In this document: piece after piece, positions 1-8,904 of the stretch | How positions within the stretch are numbered: position 1 is the stretch's first letter | How the letters are laid out: every line of letters begins with the position of its first letter | NCBI GenBank assembly: GCA_028284765.1 | Contig: JANQRA010000002.1 | Location: 101,061-165,060 of the forward strand | Reading direction: 5' to 3' | From: Acidimicrobiia bacterium | Lineage (GTDB): Bacteria; Actinomycetota; Acidimicrobiia; Spongiisociales; ZC4RG35 | DNA: 64,000 nt | Translations under genes and position numbers: made by a program | Notes under the pieces: model-generated | Databases searched by the model: none | Told to the model about the DNA's origin: nothing | What the model saw: the letters and a program-made list of their open reading frames with translations, nothing else

Positions 1-205
1 GTGTCTCGTTCACAACCCTGGCCGACAGTTCTTCAGAGCCTTTGAATAGCAAATGCTCGAGGAAATGAGAGACCCCGGCTTCGTTGCCGTTCTCGTCGCG
101 GGTCCCGGTGTCCACCCAGCAACCGAGCGCCACCGAGCGAAGAGAAGGCATGGTCTCGGTGATGATCCGGAGGCCGTTGTCAAGTTGAGTCAAGTCGTAA
201 TGCAC
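1..205 (-). CDS. M16 (pitrilysin/insulinase) family zinc peptidase, N-terminal fragment; the gene continues past the left edge
   Basis: I translated the minus strand myself; this incomplete ORF is not in the ORF track. It reads VHYDLTQLDNGLRIITETMPSLRSVALGCWVDTGTRDENGNEAGVSHFLEHLLFKGSEELSARVVNET. The inverted zinc motif HxxEH (HFLEH) and the LDNGLRVI N-terminal signature of M16 peptidases are present. A GTG start lies near 205. Confidence 0.55.
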   Translation of the reverse strand, partial: MHYDLTQLDNGLRIITETMPSLRSVALGCWVDTGTRDENGNEAGVSHFLEHLLFKGSEELSARVVNET

Positions 206-276
206 GCCGCAAGCGTAAAGGCCACCTTGAGATGAACGAACTCGCGTTTGACAAGGCATGAGACAATGAACGGCTT

Positions 277-2364
277 GTGCGCGCACGTGAACAGACATTC
301 CTCACCGATCTGATAGGTCCGGAAGATCAGGCGATCGAGTCGGTCGTCGGTCGATATCAGAAGGTGGCTCCGGCAGTAACCCGACTCGCTCGGAGCCTTT
401 CTGACAACCCAAACCTGCGTGTCCGACTCGGGCCAGAGTCCTCGTCTTCGGAGAACGAAATCGTCGCAGACCCACGGATCTTCCAGGCTGCCTACACGCG
501 AAACGCACCGGTCACGCCCGACGAGGTTGCGCTTGCATCCGCACTGCACGAAGTCATGCATCTCGTGTCGACCAACCTCGATGAGACCAGGGAACTACCC
601 GAGGATTGGCCAATTGAAGGGGACCTCATGCCTGGGGTCGAGGTGGACCTTTTGACTGCTCTGGAGAAGACCGAGAAGCCGGTCGCCGAGGTCATGTTCT
701 TCTCCCTGGAGGACGCACGCCAAGAGGCCCAAGGGCTCTCGATTTACCCGGGTGCACGCTCCGTCCTTCAGGACCTCTATCTGTCTTCCCTGAGTCAGGC
801 GATCCAGCGCAGCGGCGCTTTGAGCCAGTTCGTTCTGGGGTGTTTCTTGCTGACTGCGGGCTATGTAGACCGGGACGTTCTCGAGCGCCGATTCGAGGCG
901 CGGGCGGCTGTCGCCCTCGACGACGCAACGGCACATTGCCAGATGGCGCGAGAATCAGATGATCCCTGGTACGTGGCCCAGCTTGCGATCGAGCTCGAAG
1001 CCATCGCCAGAGCCCACGGATTGATCAACGAGGCGCCTGAGACGGCCACCAACGCCCAACGCAAAGCACTTGAGAAGGTCGATGCGGAGAAGGCGGCCGA
1101 GGGAGTCGACACCGTCCGACTGACAACTCCGATCCTCTCCGATGCCGAGTCATATCAAGACACGAAACGAGCTTCCGACTCGCGGTCGGGTTCGTCGGAT
1201 CGCAAGGGAGCGTCGGACGTAGCCGACGAGGAGTCCACCAATCAGCTGCTCCGGGTCAGCCAGGCCCCGGAGGTCTTTCTGCCCACCGGTCAAGGCGGAA
1301 AGCTCGTCGTGACACCGATCCCTTCAGCATTTGCCGGGTTTGGCACAGAAGGTATGGAAGCGATCACCGAGGCAAGTCAGAAGTGGTCGGTTGATCAGCG
1401 GCACGTGTCGGGCGAGCTGTTTCCCCTATTTGCAGCGAACCAACGTCGCGGGCTTCGCAGCGGATTCGATCAGGGCGACGTGTCGCCGCACGCAGCTTTG
1501 TTCATCGGAGCAGGCTTGTATCAGCGTTTGTACGAGCGCCGAGCCTCCCGGTCTCGACGCCGGTACGCAGTCTCGCTGCTTGTTGACGGATCGGCGTCGA
1601 TGCTCAGTCCGGGCCGTTCGGCACAGGCGACAACACAGTGGGCGATGCCGGCGGCGATGCTTGGAGCGTGGACGATGGCCCGGCTTTGTGACGAGCTTCA
1701 AATCGATTTCGAGGTGGCACTGTTCAATCGTGGTTTTGCAGCCCGCGTGGACGACACCGAGCAGTCGTATGTCTCAGGACGCTCGGCCGCGACCGCAGGC
1801 CTGAAGAGGACTCAAGGGTCGGCTGCCGACCGGCTCACATCGACTGTGAACCACTACATGGTGAAGCCGTTCGATCGCCGGTGGCGAGACTCACAGCACA
1901 CGCTTGCTGGCCTGTTCTACACAGCCATGAATCCCCGTCGCGCAGCGACACTGGCTAGACGCGATTCTCGCTCCGCTCCTCCGGTTTCGCTCTTCGAGAA
2001 AGCGGCCAACGTCGACGAGTTCAACATCGTCCACGCCGGCGAGCGCATGGGCCGTCTCGGGGCGGACGTCCGGATCTTGATGGTTCTTGCCGACGGCATG
2101 ACCCGAGGATCCATCGACGCCCTGACCAAGTCCGTCGAGTCGGTTGAGGCGACCGGGACCACGGTCATCGGCATCGGGATTGGAGACCACACCGTGGACC
2201 AGGCGTATCGCCGCCATGAAGTCGTCGAGAAGCCACAACAACTAACCACCGCAATGGTCGACGGGGTACGAGGCGCTCTCCGTCGCAGCCTGGCCTTTTC
2301 CGGGATGGACACCTGGTGGCTACGCGCCTCAGAGTTTGCAAACAAGGAGATATCAGTTGCCTGA
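277..2364 (+). CDS. CobT-like / DUF2201-like VWA-domain protein (695 aa) with an N-terminal HExxH motif
   Basis: MIDAS motif DGSASM (LLVDGSASML) at about aa 430, and a second VWA signature LMVLADGMT. An HEVMH motif sits at about aa 92. The 3' end overlaps and is translationally coupled to the following AAA_5 ATPase gene. Confidence 0.6.
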   Translation: MRAREQTFLTDLIGPEDQAIESVVGRYQKVAPAVTRLARSLSDNPNLRVRLGPESSSSENEIVADPRIFQAAYTRNAPVTPDEVALASALHEVMHLVSTNLDETRELPEDWPIEGDLMPGVEVDLLTALEKTEKPVAEVMFFSLEDARQEAQGLSIYPGARSVLQDLYLSSLSQAIQRSGALSQFVLGCFLLTAGYVDRDVLERRFEARAAVALDDATAHCQMARESDDPWYVAQLAIELEAIARAHGLINEAPETATNAQRKALEKVDAEKAAEGVDTVRLTTPILSDAESYQDTKRASDSRSGSSDRKGASDVADEESTNQLLRVSQAPEVFLPTGQGGKLVVTPIPSAFAGFGTEGMEAITEASQKWSVDQRHVSGELFPLFAANQRRGLRSGFDQGDVSPHAALFIGAGLYQRLYERRASRSRRRYAVSLLVDGSASMLSPGRSAQATTQWAMPAAMLGAWTMARLCDELQIDFEVALFNRGFAARVDDTEQSYVSGRSAATAGLKRTQGSAADRLTSTVNHYMVKPFDRRWRDSQHTLAGLFYTAMNPRRAATLARRDSRSAPPVSLFEKAANVDEFNIVHAGERMGRLGADVRILMVLADGMTRGSIDALTKSVESVEATGTTVIGIGIGDHTVDQAYRRHEVVEKPQQLTTAMVDGVRGALRRSLAFSGMDTWWLRASEFANKEISVA

Positions 2365-3349
2365 AACAGTCACATTCATCGACCCCACCGGCGAGGGCGA
2401 ACCGATCGAGCTGGAAAAGTTCGAGCTCGACGGAACTCACGCCGACAGCGATCTGCGAGAGCGAAAGATCCCAACTCCGGACCCCCACTACGTGGATCTC
2501 GGAATGCTCTATCGGTTCGCACAGGTCGAACAAGCTCGACGAAGTGAGGCAGATGGCCTTGTCCCGCTACATGTGGCTGTCCGTGGCCACATGGGCACCG
2601 GCAAGGACCACGACATCGAGCAATTCGCAGCCCAGATGGGCCTCCCCTACTTCCGCATCCCCCTGACTGGTGAGGTTCGAGATGTAACCCTCATCGGTTC
2701 GACCCACCTCCATGGAGACGGCAAAGGTGGCACGGAGAGCCGCTGGGAAGACGGCGACATCACACGTGCTCTGCGGGGCCCGGCCCTCCTCAACCTCTCT
2801 GAGCTGAATGCCGCCGGCGCCGAGACTCTGTTCGCACTTCACGGACTGCTCGATCGGTATGGCGCACTCGATCTGCCGAATGGTGAGACGGTCAGCCTTC
2901 GACACGACGTCCGAGTCTTCGGAACGATGAACCCAACAGACATCCGGGACTACGCCGGGACCCAGACACTCAACAAGGCCTTCGCAGATCGCTGGGTGAT
3001 CTGGGAGAAGAGCTTCCCGGGAGAGGAACAAGTGCAAGCGATGCTCGAGCGTCGCTATCCGACCCTGAAGGAGGAGTACGTCCAAGCCATCGCGCGACTA
3101 ACAGTCGAGATCAATGCCTCGTTCGACGCCTCGGACACGGGGACGCGCGTGGAGACCCCCTTGTCACTCAGGTCGGTCCTAGACCGACTCCCAACAGGTC
3201 TGGTGATCTATGCCGATCGCGACGACCCGCTACGCAAAGCGTGGGAGGAGTTCGTCCTGCCCCAGGTCGATCGCTTTGATCGAGACCACTACGAGACAGT
3301 TTGGAACGCCGTCGTCCGCAAGGGCCCGGCTGAGCGTCCGTTCTCGTGA
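2357..3349 (+). CDS. CobS-like AAA_5 (MoxR/CobS class) ATPase with an atypical Walker A and B
   Basis: The alignment pattern is CobS-like: RGHMGTGKDHDIEQFAAQMGLPYFRIPL...DVTLIG...ALLNLSELNAAGAETLFALHGLL...VRVFGTMNP...GTQTLNKAFADRW. I chose the TTG at 2357 as the start: an AAGGAG RBS sits 7 nt upstream, inside the end of the preceding gene, and the sequence reads TTGCCTGA. The ORF track starts at 2336. Walker A reads GHMGTGKD (D where S/T is expected) and Walker B reads LLNLSE (S where D is expected). Confidence 0.6.
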   Translation: MPETVTFIDPTGEGEPIELEKFELDGTHADSDLRERKIPTPDPHYVDLGMLYRFAQVEQARRSEADGLVPLHVAVRGHMGTGKDHDIEQFAAQMGLPYFRIPLTGEVRDVTLIGSTHLHGDGKGGTESRWEDGDITRALRGPALLNLSELNAAGAETLFALHGLLDRYGALDLPNGETVSLRHDVRVFGTMNPTDIRDYAGTQTLNKAFADRWVIWEKSFPGEEQVQAMLERRYPTLKEEYVQAIARLTVEINASFDASDTGTRVETPLSLRSVLDRLPTGLVIYADRDDPLRKAWEEFVLPQVDRFDRDHYETVWNAVVRKGPAERPFS

Positions 3350-3370
3350 TCGGTACCCTCGTCTGACCTC

Positions 3371-4453
3371 ATGGCTTACGACTTAGGCAACGAAGAGCTC
3401 GACCAGAGGCTGCGGGACCTGGTCGCCGACGTCTCGGACAACGGCAACCAGGACATGATCGGTGAGCTGGTGACCACCGTCCTGAAACTCCATAGGGACG
3501 GCGCAACGCGTGGCGATCTCAAGATGATCAATACCGCGGTGAAGGAGATGCGCTACTCCAATCTGGTGTTCAGCCGGCATGACGAACCGAAGGTGACCAT
3601 CTATGGCTCAGCTCGCACCGATCCCGAAGAACCCAACTACAAGCTGACAGCTGAGTTCGCAGCGACGATGGCATCACACGGTTGGGGCGTGATCACAGGT
3701 GCCGGGCCGGGAGTAATGGAGGCCGGAAACAAGGGAGCCGGCATCGAGAGCTCCTACGGAGTGAACATTCGCCTCCCATTCGAAGCTTCTGCCAACGACT
3801 ATCTGGACCCAGACAAGACGGTCAATTTCAAGTACTTCTTCACCCGCAAGCTCGGCTTCGTGAAAGAGTCACACGCTTTTGTGATCATGCCGGGGGGATT
3901 CGGAACGCTCGACGAGTTATTCGAGCTGGTGACTCTCATCCAGACCGGGAAGTCTGACCTGCATCCAGTTGTGCTCCTGGAAGCTGACGGGACCAACTAT
4001 TGGCCGCCGTTGATCGACTACGTCAAGAACAACCTGCTCGGAAACGGAATGATCTCAGAATCAGACCTGGCGCTCTTCCTCCGCACTACCGACCCCAATG
4101 AAGCGTGCGAGCACATCTTCGAGTTCTATACGAACTACCACTCACAACGGTATGCGGGGGGTCGACTGGTGCTTCGAGTGCGGAAGGCCCCGACCGACAT
4201 AGAACTCGAGGTACTCAGCGAGGAATTCAGCGACATCATCGTCGAAGGAAAGATCGAGAGAACCGAAGCTTCGTCAGCCGAAGTCCAAGATGGAGACGCC
4301 CTTGATCTGGAACGGATCAGCTTCAGATTTGATCGCCGGCACTTTGGCCGGCTCCGTCAGTTGATCGACCGCCTCAACGACCTGGCAAGTCTCCCCGAGA
4401 CCACTGAGATACCCGCGCCCATGAGCGAGGAACAGGCGGAAAGACCCTGGTAG
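3371..4453 (+). CDS. LOG family protein (TIGR00730 Rossmann fold; nucleotide 5'-monophosphate nucleosidase / cytokinin riboside 5'-monophosphate phosphoribohydrolase-like), long form with N- and C-terminal extensions
   Basis: The hallmark motif PGGFGTLDELFE, plus GAGPGVMEAGNKGA. 360 aa. Confidence 0.75.
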   Translation: MAYDLGNEELDQRLRDLVADVSDNGNQDMIGELVTTVLKLHRDGATRGDLKMINTAVKEMRYSNLVFSRHDEPKVTIYGSARTDPEEPNYKLTAEFAATMASHGWGVITGAGPGVMEAGNKGAGIESSYGVNIRLPFEASANDYLDPDKTVNFKYFFTRKLGFVKESHAFVIMPGGFGTLDELFELVTLIQTGKSDLHPVVLLEADGTNYWPPLIDYVKNNLLGNGMISESDLALFLRTTDPNEACEHIFEFYTNYHSQRYAGGRLVLRVRKAPTDIELEVLSEEFSDIIVEGKIERTEASSAEVQDGDALDLERISFRFDRRHFGRLRQLIDRLNDLASLPETTEIPAPMSEEQAERPW

Positions 4454-4502
4454 CCCCTACTCGGCTTGGTCGTTTCGCCAGACTGGCTATTAGAATTGGC
4501 GG

Positions 4503-5234
4503 GTGCGTGACATCCTCTCTGACCTGGTAGCTGAGCAGCAATTTCTCGATCAGTCTTTGCAACGCATCCCGATCAAGGTTTGGGATCTGGTGACCCCAAA
4601 CAAGCCTTGGACGGTGCGTGACACGATCGCCCATCTCGCCGATTTCGAAGATCTCGGCGCCGATGCGATACAAAACGGAGACCGCATCAAGAAGTGGCAG
4701 GCTGCGACAGACCTCGACGCTCTCCGACAGGAGCCCATCAAGAAGGGCCGCAACATGCGCCCCCAGGACGTCATCGAGTGGTGGCGTGGAGGTCGGGCCA
4801 AGGTCGTTGAGCCCCTATCTCACATGAACGGCGAGGACCGTCTCCCGTGGATTGCAGGAGACATGAGCGCTCGCACGTTCGCGACCTTCCGTCTCAGCGA
4901 AACGTGGCTCCACGGACTCGACATCTACGAGACCCTTGGCATTGAGGTCGAAGACACACCGCGCATCAGGCACATTTCTTGGTTCGGATGGAAGACGCTG
5001 CCCTACGCCTTCAAACAGGCCGGCGAGCACTATGAGCCAGTGCGAGTAGAACTCATCGGACCGGGTTACTCGAAGTGGATATTCGGTCCGGAGGACACGG
5101 ATCAGCTGATCAAGGGATCGGCGTCCGATTGGGCGCGGCTCTCGGTTCGCCGCATCGAGTTCAAAGACACGAGGCTGAAAGTCACCGGCGAATACGCCGA
5201 AACAGCGGTCGAACTCGCACAGACCTTCCTGTGA
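4503..5234 (+). CDS. Mycothiol-dependent maleylpyruvate isomerase N-terminal domain / DinB-like family protein (TIGR03083-like)
   Basis: N-terminus ...WTVRDTIAHLADFEDLGADAI is typical of the DinB_2 / MDMPI_N family. GTG start. Confidence 0.55.
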   Translation: MRDILSDLVAEQQFLDQSLQRIPIKVWDLVTPNKPWTVRDTIAHLADFEDLGADAIQNGDRIKKWQAATDLDALRQEPIKKGRNMRPQDVIEWWRGGRAKVVEPLSHMNGEDRLPWIAGDMSARTFATFRLSETWLHGLDIYETLGIEVEDTPRIRHISWFGWKTLPYAFKQAGEHYEPVRVELIGPGYSKWIFGPEDTDQLIKGSASDWARLSVRRIEFKDTRLKVTGEYAETAVELAQTFL

Positions 5235-6019
5235 CCTCTCCCATTCCCGACCTGGTCGGGATGGTCCACCTGCTGCCCCTTCCTGGCTCGCCCTCGTATG
5301 GCGGGTCGATGGACCAGGTCCTGGAGACGGCTGTGTCAGACGCCCAGATCCTGACCGAAGCGGGAATGCCCGCTCTGATGGTCGAGAACTTCGGCGATGC
5401 CCCTTTCTTTGCCGATGACGTGCCCTCTGAGACTGTGGCCGCCCTCGCCCTGGCGGCTTCAACCGTTGCGGAGGCCGGCGTCCCGATCGGCGTCAACGTG
5501 CTCCGCAACGACGGTCTCGCCGCTCTGGGCATCGCATCATCGGTGAATGCCGGCTTCATAAGAGTGAACGTTCTCGCGGGACTGATGAACACGGACCAAG
5601 GACCGATCGTGGGTCGATCTGCCGAGATCGCTCGCAAGCGTGTTGCCCTCTGCCCTGACGTCGAGGTCTGGGCTGATGTCATGGTCAAACATGCCACACC
5701 ACCTGAAGGGCTGACCGCTCGGCAAGCTGCTCTCGACACGTTCGAACGTGGCGGAGCAGATGCGATCGTGGTTAGTGGAAGTGGCACCGGGTCTGAGCCG
5801 GACATGGAAGAGGCCAAGGAAGTGAGAGCAGCGGTACCCGAGGCGAGGATCGTCATCGGCAGCGGCGCCTCAGCATCCAATCTCCCTCAACTCATCGAGG
5901 TAGCCGACACCGTAATCGTTGGAAGCGACCTCAAGGTGGATGGGATCGCTACGAATCGTCCCGACCCTGAGCGAACATCGAGATTCATGTCGAAAGCAAT
6001 CGAAAGCGGGCTGATATGA
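5231..6019 (+). CDS. BtpA/SgcQ family protein (TIM-barrel membrane-complex biogenesis family)
   Basis: VHLLPLPGSP...ALMVENFGDAPF...GVNVLRND is a BtpA-family pattern. GTG start overlaps the upstream stop (GTGA). Confidence 0.55.
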   Translation: MTSPIPDLVGMVHLLPLPGSPSYGGSMDQVLETAVSDAQILTEAGMPALMVENFGDAPFFADDVPSETVAALALAASTVAEAGVPIGVNVLRNDGLAALGIASSVNAGFIRVNVLAGLMNTDQGPIVGRSAEIARKRVALCPDVEVWADVMVKHATPPEGLTARQAALDTFERGGADAIVVSGSGTGSEPDMEEAKEVRAAVPEARIVIGSGASASNLPQLIEVADTVIVGSDLKVDGIATNRPDPERTSRFMSKAIESGLI

Positions 6020-6807
6020 CCAACGTGAAATTCAGAGACGACGATGGGGTGCGGGTTGTCACACTCGATCGCCCGGAGATCCGAAACGCCATCACGGGTG
6101 TGGACATGCTCGACGAGTTGTTGGACACATTGGACGACGCCGAGCAGGATCCCGAGATAGTCGTCGCAGTTCTCGACGCCGAAGGCCCGGCGTTCTCAGC
6201 CGGCGGAAACGTCAAGGAGATGGCCGCCAAAGAGGGGCTATTTGCCGGAAACCCCGCAGAGATGACGGAGAACTACCGGGCGACAATCCAGCAGCTCACC
6301 CGCTTCATGTCGACAACCGATCTGGTCACGATCGCTCAGGTGAACGGTCCTGCAGTGGGTGCCGGATTCGATCTCGTTCTCGGATGTGACCTTCGCTATG
6401 GATCGCGAAATGCGCGATTCGCCCACACATTCATCGAGATGGGGATCATCCCGGGTGATGGCGGTGCGTGGCTGCTGCCACGAGTCGTCGGATGGCAGCG
6501 GGCAACGGAACTCGCACTCACCGCACGTTTCATCAATTCCGCAGAGGCGGAGAAATACGGAGTGCTGCTCGAGGTCGTCCCCGAGGACAAGCTATCGGCC
6601 CATGTCATGGCTGTGGCCCACGACATCACTTCCAAGCCCAAACCGGCCGTGGTCATGGCCAAGCGACTGCTCAGACAGGCAAAATCGATGTCTTTGGACG
6701 GTTTTCTCGAGCTTTCGGCGGCGATGCAGGCCGTGGCTCATGCCACTCCCGAGCATGAATCAGCCGTCGCTGAATACGTAGAACAGCTTCAGAACCGCTC
6801 GAACTGA
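6016..6807 (+). CDS. Enoyl-CoA hydratase/isomerase (crotonase) family protein
   Basis: Crotonase fold signatures ...AVLDAEGPAFSAGGNVKEM...GPAVGAGFDLVLGCDLRY.. are present. 4-bp overlap with the upstream gene. Confidence 0.8.
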   Translation: MTNVKFRDDDGVRVVTLDRPEIRNAITGVDMLDELLDTLDDAEQDPEIVVAVLDAEGPAFSAGGNVKEMAAKEGLFAGNPAEMTENYRATIQQLTRFMSTTDLVTIAQVNGPAVGAGFDLVLGCDLRYGSRNARFAHTFIEMGIIPGDGGAWLLPRVVGWQRATELALTARFINSAEAEKYGVLLEVVPEDKLSAHVMAVAHDITSKPKPAVVMAKRLLRQAKSMSLDGFLELSAAMQAVAHATPEHESAVAEYVEQLQNRSN

Positions 6808-6907
6808 GTCGACAGACCTACTCAGAGGAGGCTGTTTTCCCCAAATGGGACTATTGACTTATGCACAGGCTGTCTAGTCACGACGAAACTCCACTGGTGG
6901 AGTTGGT

Positions 6908-7483
6908 ATGAAAGAACTGTCTGACGAATTCCTCATCAGTGTGATGGAGGACGTGATCGAGGATCTCCACGGGCACGTCCACCGGGTCTCCAATCTCGCG
7001 GTGGATCTGGGTAGAGGTATCCACCTGGGCGACGACGACCTCGACCGACTCGCGCTTGCCGGAGTACTTCACGACGTCGGCAAGATCCACATGGACCCGG
7101 GAATCCTCGGCAAACCTGGGCCGCTCGACGAAGCCGAACGTGACCTCATGGAGCGACATCCCGAGTTGGGGTTCGCCATGACCCGGAACCGCCTCGATCC
7201 GAAGATCGCAGAAGCCATCCTCTATCACCATGAACGTTTCGACGGCCGCGGTTATCCCTTCGGCTTGGCCGGCGATGCCATCCCGATCCTGTCTCGCATC
7301 GTTCTCGTGGCCGACGCTTTCGACGCCATGACCTCCAAGCGCGCATATCAGCCGGCGCTTCCAGTCGACTTTGCGGTCCACGAGATTCGCAAGCACGCCG
7401 GTACCCAGTTTGATCCCCAGGTGGTCGACATCTTCCTCGAGCTCGCTGCGGTAGACGCGCTCCCCCTCGAAAAGACCGCCTGA
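6908..7483 (+). CDS. HD-GYP domain phosphohydrolase (stand-alone, 191 aa)
   Basis: The HD motif LHDVGKI plus HHERFDGRGYP (GYP motif) plus the ADAFDAMTS.RAYQ pattern. Confidence 0.8.
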   Translation: MKELSDEFLISVMEDVIEDLHGHVHRVSNLAVDLGRGIHLGDDDLDRLALAGVLHDVGKIHMDPGILGKPGPLDEAERDLMERHPELGFAMTRNRLDPKIAEAILYHHERFDGRGYPFGLAGDAIPILSRIVLVADAFDAMTSKRAYQPALPVDFAVHEIRKHAGTQFDPQVVDIFLELAAVDALPLEKTA

Positions 7484-7528
7484 TTCCCCCTGCGTGAGCA
7501 AATGATCCGCTGAGAGCGGTTTATCTGC

Positions 7529-7888
7529 TCACACTGGAGTCTCGAGAATCCTGACCTCGAGTCGGCTGATCCGGCCGCCGGTGATCTCGTAGTGGTCCTC
7601 TCCCCTCACCGGGCCCGGCAAAGCAGGTGACCGGCATTCCCAAGTCGACCGGGAACGGTCCCCGTCGACTTCGACCTCGAGAACGTCGAGTTCCATGTCA
7701 GGGAGAGGCTGCTCCCATCCACTGCGAAAACGATCTCGAATCTCATCAAGACCAACCGCCGGAGCCAACCCGCTAAAGGGCTCCACATAAACGGCACCGT
7801 CGGCGAAGAGGCTCATCAGGTCCTCTTCAGCGGCGGAGCCCCGGCGCATGGCCGAGAAGTACTTATCGACTAGCTGACTGTCGCTCAT
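7529..7888 (-). CDS. SnoaL-like / NTF2-fold small protein
   Basis: MSDSQLVDKYFSAMRRGSAAEEDLMSLFADDGAVYVEPFSG... is a SnoaL-like pattern. I picked the internal ATG; the ORF track extends to 7945. Confidence 0.45.
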   Translation of the reverse strand: MSDSQLVDKYFSAMRRGSAAEEDLMSLFADGAVYVEPFSGLAPAVGLDEIRDRFRSGWEQPLPDMELDVLEVEVDGDRSRSTWECRSPALPGPVRGEDHYEITGGRISRLEVRILETPV

Positions 7889-7912
7889 CTTCCCCGTGAT
7901 ACCTTTTCCATC

Positions 7913-8277
7913 TTGGTTGAACCCGAAACGAAGCGAAAGGTGCACGCACTACTCGACGCTCTGAAAGAGCGTCCCGCAGAGCTGCCAATTTCGGAAGTCC
8001 TCGATCTAGCACAGGGGCCCGTCTCGGTGACGGTCGACAGGGAGAGCGGTGACCCGGTGGTGTATGTCACACCCCGACCAGACCCGAGGTTCGACTCGCT
8101 CACCAAACGGAGTTCGAGGTGGCCACCCTGGTCGCAGCCGGGTTCACCAACGCCCAGATTGCAGACACGTTGTTCATCGGTGTTGCAACGGTGAAAGACC
8201 ATGTTCATTCGATCTTGAAGAAGACCGAGCTTCGGTCCAGGTCGGAAGTCGCAGCCTGCTGGTACGGCCAGCTCTAG
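7913..8277 (+). pseudogene. LuxR-family (GerE-type HTH) regulator, apparently frameshifted. The N-terminal part is in one frame. The C-terminal HTH (TEFEVATLVAAGFTNAQIADTLFIGVATVKDHVHSILKKTELRSRSEVAA) is in the +2 frame.
   Basis: I translated the alternative frame myself. A perfect LuxR C-terminal HTH ends at about 8277 with no start of its own. The upstream 63 codons (TTG start at 7913) run straight into it if one A is added in the run CACCAAACGG near 8104-8106. Confidence 0.45.
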
Positions 8278-8582
8278 ACACCTTTCGACCAGAGCGGAGT
8301 GGTCATCGCCACATCGGGCTCACCGGCCAGAAGGGGACCAGCCTTGCCCATGTACTCGGCAAAGAAATCCGCCTGAGCGTTGGCACCCATCGCCTGGAAG
8401 TCGCTGTAGATCTCGAACAAGTAGAAGGTGTCAGGGTCGTGTTGGTCGGCACACCAAACCACGACCTCTTGAGAGTCGTTTTCCATCGCACGCGGCGCCA
8501 TCAACTCGTCGTATAGGGCCTTGATCTCGTCTCGCTTGCCCGGCTGCGCCTTCGACTTCACGATGATTGCCAGTTCTCCCAC
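8274..8582 (-). CDS. Antibiotic biosynthesis monooxygenase (ABM/Dabb) family small protein
   Basis: VGELAIIVKSKAQPGKRDEIKALYDEL...VVVWCADQHDPDTFYLFEIYSDFQAM. I chose a GTG start preceded by an AAGGAG RBS (spacer CAATCA). The longer ORF-track start at 8813 is unlikely. Confidence 0.6.
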   Translation of the reverse strand: MGELAIIVKSKAQPGKRDEIKALYDELMAPRAMENDSQEVVVWCADQHDPDTFYLFEIYSDFQAMGANAQADFFAEYMGKAGPLLAGEPDVAMTTPLWSKGV

Positions 8583-8700
8583 TGATTGCTCCTTGCTCGG
8601 CTGGTTGGAACGTAAGGAGCCGCCGACCTGTTGTGTACCCATCGAAAGATGGGTTGCGCGTGGAGTGGCTTGCCGTTGACCCATGTCTAGGCTCGCAGCC

Positions 8701-8862
8701 ATGGAATGGTTTCGAAACATCAACATCGGTGTCCTCTCGATCATCGTGGGAACGATCTCAGTCCTCGGCTGGATCCTCTTCGACGGGACCTTCCCGTTGG
8801 TCATTTCGATCATCGCTGGCTCATTGATCGCCCTAAAGGGCGCTATGAGCGCCGCCGACTGA
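8701..8862 (+). CDS. Small hydrophobic protein (53 aa, predicted 2 TM). Not in the ORF track.
   Basis: I translated it myself: MEWFRNINIGVLSIIVGTISVLGWILFDGTFPLVISIIAGSLIALKGAMSAAD. ATG at 8701. RBS weak. Confidence 0.25.
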   Translation: MEWFRNINIGVLSIIVGTISVLGWILFDGTFPLVISIIAGSLIALKGAMSAAD

Positions 8863-8904
8863 GCGCGCTCGATTCTTGTCCTACGCCCCTGATACCTTCA
8901 GGGT

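Noticed and set aside
8049-8516. A 155-aa ORF overlapping the LuxR fragment and the ABM gene on the opposite strand
   Set aside because: It is an alternative frame of a real HTH-coding region. It is Arg/Gly/His-rich with no motif, a typical high-GC shadow ORF. Many other listed antisense ORFs were dismissed for the same reason, for example 1331-1804, 4815-5462, 5182-5880, 41823-42689, 44076-44597 and 51941-52606.
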